Part shown: positions 20,036-29,800 of the stretch, one piece after another
Layout of the letters: every line of letters begins with the position of its first letter
Numbering within the stretch: the stretch's first letter is position 1
DNA from: Ignavibacterium sp.
GTDB taxonomy: Bacteria; Bacteroidota; Ignavibacteria; Ignavibacteriales; Ignavibacteriaceae
Assembly (NCBI GenBank): GCA_020354005.1
Contig: CP070637.1
Span: 1,869,049-1,931,487, forward strand
Length of the DNA stretch: 62,439 bases
Direction of reading: 5' to 3'
The notes under the pieces: generated by a model
Told to the model about the DNA's origin: nothing
The model's input: the letters and a program-made list of their open reading frames with translations, nothing else
Database searches by the model: none
Program-made: the position numbers and the translations under genes

Positions 20036-20849
20036 CATACGTACTCCACACGTGGCAGGATTGTTTTATCCTGCTGATCCGGATCAACTACAAAATGATA
20101 TTGTTAGACTTTTAGATTCAAGCAAACCTGAAAAAGAATATGATAACATCTTTGGTTTGGTTGCACCGCACGCTGGCTATGTTTACTCAGGAAAAACTGC
20201 TGCGTATGTTTATAGTCTGTTAAGAGGAAAAACCTATAAACGTGTTGTAGTAATTTCACCAAGCCATAGCGAATACTTTCCGGGCATCTCGGTTTTTAAG
20301 GGTGATGGCTATCAAACACCAATAGGAATTTTGAAAATAGACGAGGAGTTTGCGACAAAACTTGTTGAGGACAGCAGGAATATTTTCAGAGGAGTTGAAG
20401 GACACCGCAGTGAGCACGCTTTAGAAGTGCAACTACCATTTTTACAAACAGTTCTTAAAGATTTTAAAATGGTACCGGTTGTAATGGGAGATCAAGGTAA
20501 AATATTTGTGGATGAGTTAGCCGAAAAATTGGCTGAAGTTGCAGATGATGAAACATTAATCGTTGCAAGCTCAGATATGTCTCATTTCCATTCCAAAATG
20601 GATGCGGATGAACTTGATTCGATTGTAGAGGATCGAATAAATAGTTTTGATTTCAGTTCATTGCAATCCGATCTTGATAAGAAAAAAACAGAAGCCTGCG
20701 GCGGCGGACCGATTGTTACAATGATGAAAGCAGCATCTCTGCGAAATAAAAATCATTCTGCCGTAATTCACCGATCCGATTCCGGGGATGTTACCGGTGA
20801 TACCAAAGAGGTTGTAGGTTATCTCTCCGCTGTTGTATACGGGGATTAA
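20028..20849 (+). CDS. MEMO1-family protein (AmmeMemoRadiSam system protein B)
   Basis: About 273 aa. Motifs: PHVAGLFYP, VAPHAGYVYSG, EHALEVQLPFLQ, SSDMSHF. AAGGAGGA lies upstream of the ATG at 20028, which overlaps the AMMECR1 stop by 8 nt. The track begins at the GTG at 20025. Confidence 0.85.
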   Translation: MDNIRTPHVAGLFYPADPDQLQNDIVRLLDSSKPEKEYDNIFGLVAPHAGYVYSGKTAAYVYSLLRGKTYKRVVVISPSHSEYFPGISVFKGDGYQTPIGILKIDEEFATKLVEDSRNIFRGVEGHRSEHALEVQLPFLQTVLKDFKMVPVVMGDQGKIFVDELAEKLAEVADDETLIVASSDMSHFHSKMDADELDSIVEDRINSFDFSSLQSDLDKKKTEACGGGPIVTMMKAASLRNKNHSAVIHRSDSGDVTGDTKEVVGYLSAVVYGD

Positions 20850-20854
20850 TATAA

Positions 20855-21763
20855 TTGAATAAAAACGTAGTTATTATCGGAGCCGGTAGGATTTCATATT
20901 CACTGGCTTCGGCACTTACCAAATCTGAATACAACATCGTTTCAATCATTAGCAAAAATATTAATTCTTCAAATGCATTAGCAAAAAAAATCCGAATTGA
21001 TAATTTCTCTGATGACCTGAATGATATTCCCAAATCAGCGGGTATATATTTTCTTTCCGTTCCTGATGGAGAAATAGCTGCAGTTGCATTGCAGCTTTCG
21101 AAACTAAAGTTAAATTTTAAGCAGTCCTTATTCATCCATCTCTCTGGTGCTGAAAATATATCCGTCTTAAAACCTTTGAAAAGAAAAAGAGCAAAAATAG
21201 CTTCGCTTCATCCAATGCAAACCTTCCCATCAAAAATAATAGTAAGTCTTAAAGGTGTTCACACAGCACTTGAAACAGATAATGAATCTACTTATAAACT
21301 ATTATTAAAAATATCCAAAGGTTTGCAGTTGATTCCATTTAGAATAGATTCAAAGAACAAATCATATTATCATTTAGCAGGTGTTTACGCCTCAAATTTT
21401 TTAGCTGGCAATCTTTTTCTTGCTAACCAGTTATTATCTCTTAACAAGATTGATAGAGAAAAACATTTTGATATTCTGCGTTCAACCATAAATTCTACTC
21501 TAAAGAATATTGAGAATATTGGTCCTGCAAATGCCTTATCTGGTCCGGTTGACAGGGGAGATATTCAAACTATAAAGAATCACATCTCATCACTAAAAAA
21601 AAATGTAAGGAAATCTTCAAGTAATTACTTCTCAACTCTGCTAAAAAATTACCTTTTACAGTCGTTAAGCCTGATAGATTTAGTTGAAGAAAAACAGGGT
21701 CATTTAGCTAATTCTCACACAAAAATAAAAGAATTGTTGGTACAGGAATTGAGCGCCCTCTAA
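20855..21763 (+). CDS. Rossmann-fold NADP oxidoreductase with a DUF2520-type C-terminal domain (PanG-like putative ketopantoate reductase family)
   Basis: The TTG start is almost forced, because the GxGxxG loop (VVIIGAGRIS) begins at residue 5. The C-terminus with YHLAGVYASNF and LSGPVDRGD is typical of DUF2520. Confidence 0.7.
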   Translation: MNKNVVIIGAGRISYSLASALTKSEYNIVSIISKNINSSNALAKKIRIDNFSDDLNDIPKSAGIYFLSVPDGEIAAVALQLSKLKLNFKQSLFIHLSGAENISVLKPLKRKRAKIASLHPMQTFPSKIIVSLKGVHTALETDNESTYKLLLKISKGLQLIPFRIDSKNKSYYHLAGVYASNFLAGNLFLANQLLSLNKIDREKHFDILRSTINSTLKNIENIGPANALSGPVDRGDIQTIKNHISSLKKNVRKSSSNYFSTLLKNYLLQSLSLIDLVEEKQGHLANSHTKIKELLVQELSAL

Positions 21764-21803
21764 AAATCAATTTCATTCTATTTTAATATATTTGGATACT
21801 CAA

Positions 21804-23321
21804 ATGAATAGTAGTGTACAAGGAGGAATAATCATAGAAAAAAATAGCACAACAACCGTTGAAAATATTGTATCGCTAGCTAAGCGTCGTGGCTTTGTTT
21901 TTCAGTCTTCCGAAATTTACGGTGGCTTGAACGGATGCTGGGATTACGGTCCGTTGGGTGTAGAACTATTGAAGAATATTAAGGAAGAATGGTGGAAGGC
22001 GATGACATACCGGGACGATGTGGAGGGGCTTGATGCTTCAATACTTATGCATCCAAGAGTTTGGGAAGCATCCGGACATGTTGAGAATTTTACTGATCCG
22101 ATGATTGATTGCAAACAATGTAAATCACGTTACCGTATGGATGTTTTGGGGGATTCGTTCAGTGAGAAGCGACAAAAGAAAGCAATTGAAGCATTAAAAA
22201 ATAAATTGAATGGGAAAGAAGAATTAGTAAATAGAATAGACGAAGTGTATGCAAATCCCGGTGATGAAAATCCGTTTGATACTATTTTAGAAGATAAAGA
22301 TCTTGGTTTACTCTTATTGGAGGAATTAAACTGTCCGCAGTGTGGTAACAAAAACACATTTACAGAAGCCAGAAAATTTAACCTTATGTTCAAAACTTTT
22401 GTGGGACCTGTTGAAGATAGCGGTGCAGTTGTATATTTAAGACCGGAAACTGCACAGGGAATTTTTGTTAATTTTCTCAATGTTCAGAGTGCATCACGAT
22501 TAAAGCTGCCGTTCGGTATTGCACAGGTTGGTAAGGCATTCCGTAATGAAATAAACACTAAGAATTTTCTCTTCCGCACACGTGAATTTGAACAGATGGA
22601 AATGCAATTCTTTGTAAATCCAAAAGAGGATACGAAGTGGTACGACTACTGGAAAGAAATGAGACTGGAGTGGTTCAAGTCTCTTGGAATTACTCCTTCG
22701 AAGCTGCGGTTTCACGATCATCCGGTTGAGAAGCTTGCACACTATGCTAAAGATGCCACCGATGTTGAATATGAATTTCCATTTGGCTGGGGAGAGATAG
22801 AAGGAATACATAACCGGACTGATTATGATCTTGGGCGGCACGAAGAATATTCAGGCAAATCATTAAAGTATTATGATGAATCTGTAAAAGAAAAATATGT
22901 ACCTTATATAATTGAAACCTCCGCAGGTGCGAGCAGATCATTTATGGCATTCCTGATTGATGCTTATTATGAAGAAGAAGTAAAAGGTGAGTCGAGAGCC
23001 GTATTAAAATTTCATCCGCGTCTTGCACCAATTAAAGCAGCAATTTTCCCTCTTGTTAATAAAGATGGCATGCCTGAAATTGCTCGTGAGATAGAAGCTG
23101 ATCTGCGAAAAAGCTTAAAAGTATTTTATGACGACAAAGGTGCTGTAGGAAGACGTTACCGCAGGCAGGATGAAGCAGGTACTCCTTACTGTATAACCGT
23201 TGATAATCAAACACTTGAAGATAAGACGGGTACAGTGCGGGAAAGAGATTCAATGGAACAGGAAAGAGTTGCAATTGATCAGCTTGCAGGATATTTACTG
23301 AGTAAACTTCGTAATCAATAA
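21804..23321 (+). CDS. glyQS: glycyl-tRNA synthetase (dimeric class II, GlyQS type)
   Basis: Motifs: VSLAKRRGFVFQSSEIYGGL, YLRPETAQGIFVNF, FRNEI.....FRTREFEQMEMQFF, ETSAGASR. The track begins at the TTG at 21792; the first ATG is at 21804. Confidence 0.93.
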   Translation: MNSSVQGGIIIEKNSTTTVENIVSLAKRRGFVFQSSEIYGGLNGCWDYGPLGVELLKNIKEEWWKAMTYRDDVEGLDASILMHPRVWEASGHVENFTDPMIDCKQCKSRYRMDVLGDSFSEKRQKKAIEALKNKLNGKEELVNRIDEVYANPGDENPFDTILEDKDLGLLLLEELNCPQCGNKNTFTEARKFNLMFKTFVGPVEDSGAVVYLRPETAQGIFVNFLNVQSASRLKLPFGIAQVGKAFRNEINTKNFLFRTREFEQMEMQFFVNPKEDTKWYDYWKEMRLEWFKSLGITPSKLRFHDHPVEKLAHYAKDATDVEYEFPFGWGEIEGIHNRTDYDLGRHEEYSGKSLKYYDESVKEKYVPYIIETSAGASRSFMAFLIDAYYEEEVKGESRAVLKFHPRLAPIKAAIFPLVNKDGMPEIAREIEADLRKSLKVFYDDKGAVGRRYRRQDEAGTPYCITVDNQTLEDKTGTVRERDSMEQERVAIDQLAGYLLSKLRNQ

Positions 23322-24488
23322 ATGATGAAAAAATTTGCAGCTTTGTTAATTACCTTTGCTGCAGTTAGTTTTCAGATCAACGCACAGGACGCAAGGTTTG
23401 ATTCGATTGTTGTAGAAGGGATTAAACAGGTCTATAACATTGAATTCGATTCGGCAAACAAAAACTTCCAAAAACTAATAACAGATTACCCAAACCATCC
23501 TGCAGGATACTTCTTTGTTGCAATGATAGATTGGTGGAATATTCTTCTGGATACTTCCACAGATGAGTACGATGAAATATTTTTTGAAAAGATCGATAAG
23601 GTAATTAACCGTTGTGATAAAATTCTTGAAGAGGATCCTGATAACGTAGATGCACTTTTTTTTAAAGGCGGGTCGATAGGTTTTAAAGGAAGACTAAATT
23701 CATTGAGGGATGATTGGCTTAGTGCTGCCGATAATGGAAGGATTGCATTACCTTTAGTTGAACAGGCCGGTGAACTTGACCCAACAAATGTTGACGTTCA
23801 GCTCGGCTTTGGCATCTATAATTATTATGCTGCGGTTATTCCTGAAGAATATCCTATTGTAAAGCCTTTGATGATATTTATACCATCTGGTGATAAAGAC
23901 CTTGGTATTAGGCAGTTGAATAGTATTGCGGAAAACGGAAAGTACACTAAGTACGAAGCCCAATATTTTCTAATGACCTTATACTATAATTTTGAAAAAG
24001 ATTTTAACGCCGCGGAAGCATATTCAATTATGTTGAATAATGAGTTCCCGAACAACCCGGTATTTGAAAGATGGCGTGGAAGGTTAGCAATAAAAAACAG
24101 TGATTTGGTTTTAGCTGATTCAATCTTCAAAAGAATATTATGGAAGGCGGATAATAACTTTCCCGGTTATAACACCCCAAGAACAATACGAGAAGCAAGC
24201 TACTATGTTGCCTATCGCTATCGCACATTAGGAATGAATGATTCCGCACAAGTGTATTTTGAGGGTTGCGTAGAATATTCGATGGAGCTTGATAAGAACG
24301 GAGATTCCGGGTTCCTGATTAATGCAACTCTTTATTTAGGTATTATAAAAGAATTTAAAAAGGAATATGCTGCAGCAAAAATGTATTATGAAAAAGTCCT
24401 GGATATGAACGAGTTTGCTAACTCACACACTCTGGCAAGTGATTACCTGAAGAGGATTGAAAAAATTGAAAGTTCGGGAAAAAGATAA
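23322..24488 (+). CDS. secreted TPR-like repeat protein
   Basis: 388 aa with a signal peptide (MMKKFAALLITFAAVSFQINAQ). It is helical-repeat rich (for example YYVAYRY, AAKMYYEKVLDM). The ATG immediately follows the glyQS stop. Confidence 0.55.
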   Translation: MMKKFAALLITFAAVSFQINAQDARFDSIVVEGIKQVYNIEFDSANKNFQKLITDYPNHPAGYFFVAMIDWWNILLDTSTDEYDEIFFEKIDKVINRCDKILEEDPDNVDALFFKGGSIGFKGRLNSLRDDWLSAADNGRIALPLVEQAGELDPTNVDVQLGFGIYNYYAAVIPEEYPIVKPLMIFIPSGDKDLGIRQLNSIAENGKYTKYEAQYFLMTLYYNFEKDFNAAEAYSIMLNNEFPNNPVFERWRGRLAIKNSDLVLADSIFKRILWKADNNFPGYNTPRTIREASYYVAYRYRTLGMNDSAQVYFEGCVEYSMELDKNGDSGFLINATLYLGIIKEFKKEYAAAKMYYEKVLDMNEFANSHTLASDYLKRIEKIESSGKR

Positions 24489-24494
24489 AGTGCA

Positions 24495-25430
24495 CTAAAA
24501 AGCAGTAAGCAAGGTAATTCTGTGCAGACCACCAATTGTGCCAAAAGACGAGTATCCGTAATCAAACCTGTATGTAGAAACTTGAATTCCCAATCCTATA
24601 TTAAACCCTGCTATTCCAGCAGTGGTACCAATTTTAAGCTCATCACGTTTTTCGTTATTGTAACCGAAACGCAATGAGAAGACTTTACTGAGATAAAATT
24701 CAGCGCCGACAGCAAAAGCTTTAAAATGCTGAATAAAATCATCACGTTTTTCATTTAACTTGTGAAAATCAAGTGACAACCGTAAAGGTAGGTTTTCGAG
24801 TCTTTTTGAAATACCAAATGCAACATCCATCGGCAAATCTTCTTTGGTATCAAGGAATGAAGATAGTTGTGTACCTAGATTAAGTACCACAAATGCAATA
24901 TTTATCTGGTGCTTTGGTATTGCATAATGAAGACCTAAATCCAATGCTAATGCACTTGAAGAATGGTCTGCAATACTAGAGTAGATAATTTTAGCATTTG
25001 CACCATAGTAAAAATTTTCATCAAGTGCTCCGGCATAGCCAATTAAAAACGCAAACTCTCCGGCACCAAACTCACCGGTTCTGTTTCCAAATTCATCTGC
25101 TTTATCAAAAGTTCCGTAATTAATGTATTGCAATGCAGTGCCAATTCTTCCCACTCCTTTAATCTCCGTTGAGTATGCTAGACTCGCAAGATTTATATCC
25201 ATCAAATATTTTGTGAAGGCAAACGAAATAGGTGAGTCATCTGAAAGCTTCATCCCGGCAGGATTGAAAAATATAATATCGGCATCATAAAAATAAGTAA
25301 GGAAACTTCCACCAAGTGCACCAGCACGTGCACTCGAATTTACCCTTAAAAATTCGTAAGTGTTCTGGCTAAACAAGTTGCCAAAGGAAAGTAATATTAT
25401 TGCTATAAGTAGAAAAAGTGTTCTATTCAT
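24495..25430 (-). CDS. porQ: PorV/PorQ-family outer-membrane beta-barrel (T9SS PorQ-like)
   Basis: 311 aa. After the signal peptide comes YEFLRVNSSARAGALGGSF, the characteristic PorQ N-terminal motif. The rest has alternating beta-strand character and ends in an aromatic residue (LLTAF). Confidence 0.7.
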   Translation of the reverse strand: MNRTLFLLIAIILLSFGNLFSQNTYEFLRVNSSARAGALGGSFLTYFYDADIIFFNPAGMKLSDDSPISFAFTKYLMDINLASLAYSTEIKGVGRIGTALQYINYGTFDKADEFGNRTGEFGAGEFAFLIGYAGALDENFYYGANAKIIYSSIADHSSSALALDLGLHYAIPKHQINIAFVVLNLGTQLSSFLDTKEDLPMDVAFGISKRLENLPLRLSLDFHKLNEKRDDFIQHFKAFAVGAEFYLSKVFSLRFGYNNEKRDELKIGTTAGIAGFNIGLGIQVSTYRFDYGYSSFGTIGGLHRITLLTAF

Positions 25431-25590
25431 AAAATTCCGTTAAATCTGGTGCAGATATTTACCCATATTCAAAAGTAATCGCAAGGTGAAATAGAGGGTA
25501 ATAATCATAACTGCCTAATTTATGATTCCATTCTGTAAAGTCAGTATTCGACGAGCTCAGACTAACAAAAATGGATTATATAGTCAAACT

Positions 25591-25609
25591 ATCCGCCCGG
25601 CGGATTTTT
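25591..25609 (+). terminator. orphan GC-rich hairpin plus T-run in a divergent promoter region
   Basis: atccgcccggcggat is followed by tttt. There is no plus-strand gene upstream, because porQ is on the minus strand. See the related finding. Confidence 0.35.
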
Positions 25610-25755
25610 GAAGATTGACATTTTAGTATCATTATTAACAAAATTGACCGATATATTCCCTTCAAAAATTCAACCAAACATAAAATTATGCTGTCAAGTG
25701 TATAAAAGAACAAGGCTTGATATAATTGTGCAATCTGATGATATTCGTATAAGCT

Positions 25756-26382
25756 ATGTGCAGATATTTTTTTAAAAATAATTCATTTTTTCTAAGATTC
25801 TTATTTTTTTCTCTTCTATTTGCATCAACAATTACATTTTCTCAAATCCAAACTAATTTGGAGATGCTCTACTCACTTAGCGATTCACTCACTTCACAAA
25901 TTGTTAGTGAAATCCCTAATGGGAAGGAAAGCATTCGGTTAAAGCTAAATTTAGGTGATGCGTACTCAATATTTGCAAACCAAATTCGGAGGGGATTTAC
26001 TGAGAATGGAATTGAAATAATGTCATCTGATACCAACGATACAAACCTGCTGGAGATGAACATTGTTATGGATAATGCCGGTGTTGAATATGGTGAATTA
26101 GATAGAAGCGGATGGTTTGGTGATTACTATGCTCCTCGAACTGTTTTTATTTCTGGAAATTATTTCACTTCAAATACAGCTAATCCTTTATCGGATTATT
26201 TTATATCCGTTACAGATACTATTAGAGTAAAAGATATAAATACACTTGAGAATGAATCATTTGCATTTACAAGGGGCCAGATTCCCACCGAGCCGTTCTT
26301 TTCAAGTATTTGGGAACCTGTTATTGCGATTGGTATTGCGGCGGCTGCAATAATTTTGTTTTTTTCAATACGTAGCCAGTAA
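25756..26382 (+). CDS. hypothetical protein with a signal peptide and a C-terminal TM anchor
   Basis: 208 aa. The N-terminus is FFLRFLFFSLLFASTITFSQ and the C-terminus is PVIAIGIAAAAIILFFSIRSQ. No family motif recognised. Confidence 0.5.
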   Translation: MCRYFFKNNSFFLRFLFFSLLFASTITFSQIQTNLEMLYSLSDSLTSQIVSEIPNGKESIRLKLNLGDAYSIFANQIRRGFTENGIEIMSSDTNDTNLLEMNIVMDNAGVEYGELDRSGWFGDYYAPRTVFISGNYFTSNTANPLSDYFISVTDTIRVKDINTLENESFAFTRGQIPTEPFFSSIWEPVIAIGIAAAAIILFFSIRSQ

Positions 26383-26453
26383 TCAATTTTACCTTTGAAG
26401 GATTTTTAATTTTGATTAATATTATAATCTTGTTTTTCGTAAAAAATCTATTT

Positions 26454-27209
26454 ATGCATAAGTTACTTATATTTATATCGATTCTGTTAATTGGTTGGGG
26501 TTGTTCGGGGACTATAGACACAGTGAACCTAAGCCCTGAAGAACGTCTTCAATACGCTATTAAATTATATGAAGAAGAAGATGACGAAGAAGCAGTAAAA
26601 GAGTTTGAAGCGATTCTCCTTCAATATTCGGGTAGCAGTATTGTTGATGATGCACAATATTATCTTGCACAAACAAGGTTTTTAAGGGAAGAGTATATTA
26701 TTGCTGCTTATGAATTCAGCAAACTGATAAAAAATATGCCTGCTAGTAACTTTGTTTCCGATTCACAATATATGCTCGCTGAATGCTATTACCAGTTATC
26801 GCCAAATTATAATCTAGACCAGACATATACAGTAAAAGCTATCGATGAATTTCAGGCATTTATAGATTTCTTCCCTCTTAACGAAAAAGTACAGGATGCC
26901 GAAGCAAGGATTCACGAATTAAATATTAAGCTTGCTGAGAAAGATTTTACAATCGCAAATATTTACGCAAAACTTGATTACTATACTGCTTCAATGAAAT
27001 ATTATGACCAGGTTGTTGAAACTTATCATGATACTAAGTTTGCCCCGCGAGCTTTGTTTAGAAAAATTATGCTGTTGATGGAACGCGAGCGTGAAGATGA
27101 AGCATTGGCTGAGATGAGAAAGTTTATGCTGCTGTTCCCTGAAGACGAAGAAGCAGAGTATATAGGCGAATTAAAAACTTCACTGGAGGAAAAAATTTCC
27201 TTTAATTGA
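26454..27209 (+). CDS. bamD: outer membrane protein assembly factor BamD (lipoprotein, TPR-like)
   Basis: The ATG at 26454 gives MHKLLIFISILLIGWGCSG, a lipobox. BamD/YfiO-like repeats are present: DAQYYLAQTRF...YIIAAYEF, SQYMLAECYY, IANIYAKLDYYTASMKYYDQVV. The tracked TTG at 26412 adds an unlikely 14 aa. Confidence 0.8.
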   Translation: MHKLLIFISILLIGWGCSGTIDTVNLSPEERLQYAIKLYEEEDDEEAVKEFEAILLQYSGSSIVDDAQYYLAQTRFLREEYIIAAYEFSKLIKNMPASNFVSDSQYMLAECYYQLSPNYNLDQTYTVKAIDEFQAFIDFFPLNEKVQDAEARIHELNIKLAEKDFTIANIYAKLDYYTASMKYYDQVVETYHDTKFAPRALFRKIMLLMEREREDEALAEMRKFMLLFPEDEEAEYIGELKTSLEEKISFN

Positions 27210-27685
27210 TGAGCAGCACGAAGAAAGTTGAAGATAGTAAAATAATAAGTACCGAACTTGTACTGCCCCATCACACCAACCAGCTCGGTAATCTTTTAGG
27301 CGGGCAGCTAATGCACTGGATTGATATAACCGCTGCTTTAAGTGCCGCAAAAATTAATAACGGAATTTGTGTTACAGCATCGGTTGATAGAATTGATTTT
27401 CATCACGCAATTAAATTAGGTGATGCCGTAACATTAAAAGCTTCGGTTAACAGGGTTTTTAATACATCGATGGAAGTGGGGGTAAAGGTATTTGCTCAAT
27501 CTTTTAGAAAAAATACAGCTGTTCACAGCAACACTGCATACCTGACTTTTGTTTCTGTTGATGAAATCGGTAAACCTGTAAAAGCAATTGACGTAATACC
27601 TGAAACTGAGGATGAAAAACGACGATTTGAAGAGGCACTTGAAAGAAGAAAGAACAGGCTCAATTACAGAACTGGCAAGATTTAG
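27209..27685 (+). CDS. acyl-CoA thioesterase (hotdog fold, YciA/BFIT type)
   Basis: Motifs: LVLPHHTNQLGNLLGGQLMHWID and TASVDRIDFHHAIKLGD...NTSMEVGVKVF. The ATG at 27209 overlaps the bamD stop. Confidence 0.8.
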   Translation: MSSTKKVEDSKIISTELVLPHHTNQLGNLLGGQLMHWIDITAALSAAKINNGICVTASVDRIDFHHAIKLGDAVTLKASVNRVFNTSMEVGVKVFAQSFRKNTAVHSNTAYLTFVSVDEIGKPVKAIDVIPETEDEKRRFEEALERRKNRLNYRTGKI

Positions 27686-29774
27686 TGTAATAATACTCTG
27701 TCTTCTCTGTTCTAATTCTGCTTATAGTCAAATACCTATTAATGGCTTCTGCAATTTAAATTCTTATCCATCTTTCACCGGGTATACTCAACTAACTACT
27801 TACGATTTAAATAACGATTCATATCCGGATATCCTTCTTTACTCACCAAACAGTAGCAGCATTATTATAGCCGAAGGTAAAGAGAATTTTGAATTCACGG
27901 ATTATAAAATTGTTAATGTGCCTTATTATTTATCCAATCTAATTCCCCTTGGTGAAGAAAGTGCATATTCGATGGATTATGTATTTACTTCGCGAAAGAG
28001 CAGAACCGCAGGAATTTTTAATATACCACTCTCCGGGGATTTCAATCCAATAGCTGAGATTGAGTTTGATTCCTTTCCCGAAAACATCGGTGCTGCAGAT
28101 ATCAATAAGGATGGCTATTCAGAATATCTAATTTCGGGCAGTGGCTTTAACGGTCTGTCCGTTCTTTTCTTTAAAGATGATGAACTTACCGAGATAAAAA
28201 TAAATATCAACCAAAGTTACAGCGAAGCTGTCTTTGCAGAAGTCTCTAACGATGGATACCCGGATATAATTGCATTTAATCTGTTCAGTAATTCAATTGA
28301 TATCTTTTATAATGATGGTACCGGAAATTTTGAACTAATTCGTCAAATTAATCCGGGGGCAAATGTAGAAAGTATTCAATCAGTTAAAATTGACAACGAT
28401 GAATATATTGATATAGTATACACCGCAGGTAATTCGTTTAAAATATTATACGGCGATTTTCGTTCTGCCTTTGATTCATCTTTGGTAATAAACACTCAGT
28501 ACAATCCGCATAAATATATTATTGCTGATTTTAACTCAGATAGTGATAATGATATCGCATACGTTGATACAACATATGGTTTGCTTTCTGTAATATTCGG
28601 GAAAGAGAAGAATCAATTTTATGATGAAGTTCTTTATTTAAAGAAGAAGGGAATAATTAATCTAAACTTGCTTAGCTCATATACTTCAGCAGGGCTTGCA
28701 TTACTAAACTATCATGGGGCAATCAGTACCATATCGAAATTGTCTTCGTTAGTGGATGAGATGGATATTGTTCCCGTATTAGAAGCTTCAGTTATATCAA
28801 CCTTTGATTATGGGAATGACGGGGTACCGGATTATTCATATATAGATAATTTTTCTAATTCAATAAATTTCCTTATTAACAGTCCCAATGGAATCCCATC
28901 AAGTTTCTATTCTGAAATTATTTCCGGAGAGCATAATAGTATAAAAGTGAATGATGTATATTCATTTAAAAAAACGTTCTATGCCTTCTCTCCGGGAGAC
29001 AAAATACTGGAGGCAATAAAATTTGATTTTAAGTCAGGTGAGATTGAAAGTCACCAGCTTTACGCTCCCGGTTCAATTGAAGATATAGAAATTTACAAAT
29101 CAAAAAAAGTGGAGCGGATTTATTTAGCTTATCAAAGAAATAACTACTTACGATTTGGAGAATACAATTATAAAAATTCTGAATATGTTTTAAGAGAATA
29201 TGCAACCATTGATTCTAATGTTGTTGCAGCTAATATTTTTTCTTCTACAGAACCAATACTGAATTACTGGAAGACAACAGGAGATTCACTGCAATCGATT
29301 GAAGTGAAGATAACTTCGAGGGGCATCAATTATACAGAGAAGGGCAAAATTGTTATTATACCGGATTATTCCATTAACTTCTTAACACAATTCTCATCAA
29401 ACCAAAAAAATCCCATTTCGTTTGCACTGTTTAATTCAGACACACAATTTTTTGGAATTGTTTCGGATGAATCTATGTTTAATATTACGAAACCAATTGG
29501 TTATAGATACGATTTTGTATCTAATAAATCAAATTTACTATACAGCGAAGGTAAAAAGCAGTTCGTTAACCAAAATGCTTTCCTGTACATTTGGCGGGAT
29601 GGATATTTTAACGAACTGGAAATTAATGATTTTGGAAACGATTTGATTTTAACAAGACTATTTGATGCAAAACAGGTAATGGATTTTATCGTTCAAGAAT
29701 TTACAAGTGAGAATAATTATTTAATCTACAGCCAGCAATCGGAAGGATTCTTATCATTACAGCGATTAAAGTAA
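27612..29774 (+). CDS. secreted FG-GAP/VCBS-like beta-propeller protein
   Basis: 720 aa. It has six D.N.D(G/S)..D loops: DLNNDSYPD, DINKDGYSE, EVSNDGYPD, KIDNDEYID, DFNSDSDND, DYGNDGVPD. The h-region and cleavage site (FSVIILCLLCSNSAYSQ) begin at residue 24. The only canonical start (ATG at 27612) overlaps the thioesterase gene by 74 nt, so the true start is uncertain. Confidence 0.6.
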   Translation: MKNDDLKRHLKEERTGSITELARFSVIILCLLCSNSAYSQIPINGFCNLNSYPSFTGYTQLTTYDLNNDSYPDILLYSPNSSSIIIAEGKENFEFTDYKIVNVPYYLSNLIPLGEESAYSMDYVFTSRKSRTAGIFNIPLSGDFNPIAEIEFDSFPENIGAADINKDGYSEYLISGSGFNGLSVLFFKDDELTEIKININQSYSEAVFAEVSNDGYPDIIAFNLFSNSIDIFYNDGTGNFELIRQINPGANVESIQSVKIDNDEYIDIVYTAGNSFKILYGDFRSAFDSSLVINTQYNPHKYIIADFNSDSDNDIAYVDTTYGLLSVIFGKEKNQFYDEVLYLKKKGIINLNLLSSYTSAGLALLNYHGAISTISKLSSLVDEMDIVPVLEASVISTFDYGNDGVPDYSYIDNFSNSINFLINSPNGIPSSFYSEIISGEHNSIKVNDVYSFKKTFYAFSPGDKILEAIKFDFKSGEIESHQLYAPGSIEDIEIYKSKKVERIYLAYQRNNYLRFGEYNYKNSEYVLREYATIDSNVVAANIFSSTEPILNYWKTTGDSLQSIEVKITSRGINYTEKGKIVIIPDYSINFLTQFSSNQKNPISFALFNSDTQFFGIVSDESMFNITKPIGYRYDFVSNKSNLLYSEGKKQFVNQNAFLYIWRDGYFNELEINDFGNDLILTRLFDAKQVMDFIVQEFTSENNYLIYSQQSEGFLSLQRLK

Positions 29775-29800
29775 TTTCTGCATTCGCAATCATATCTTTT

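Noticed and set aside
20791-21135. Minus-strand 114-aa ORF.
   Set aside because: It is antisense to the Memo-like gene end and the Rossmann N-terminus of the DUF2520 gene (VVIIGAGRIS), which clearly defines the coding strand.
25449-25769. Exact 12-nt direct repeat gtgcagatattt at 25449..25460 and 25758..25769. The second copy includes the start codon of the 25756 gene.
   Set aside because: It is a single short AT-rich repeat pair with no extended similarity around it. It is plausibly chance. I note it in case a shared regulator site emerges from comparative data.
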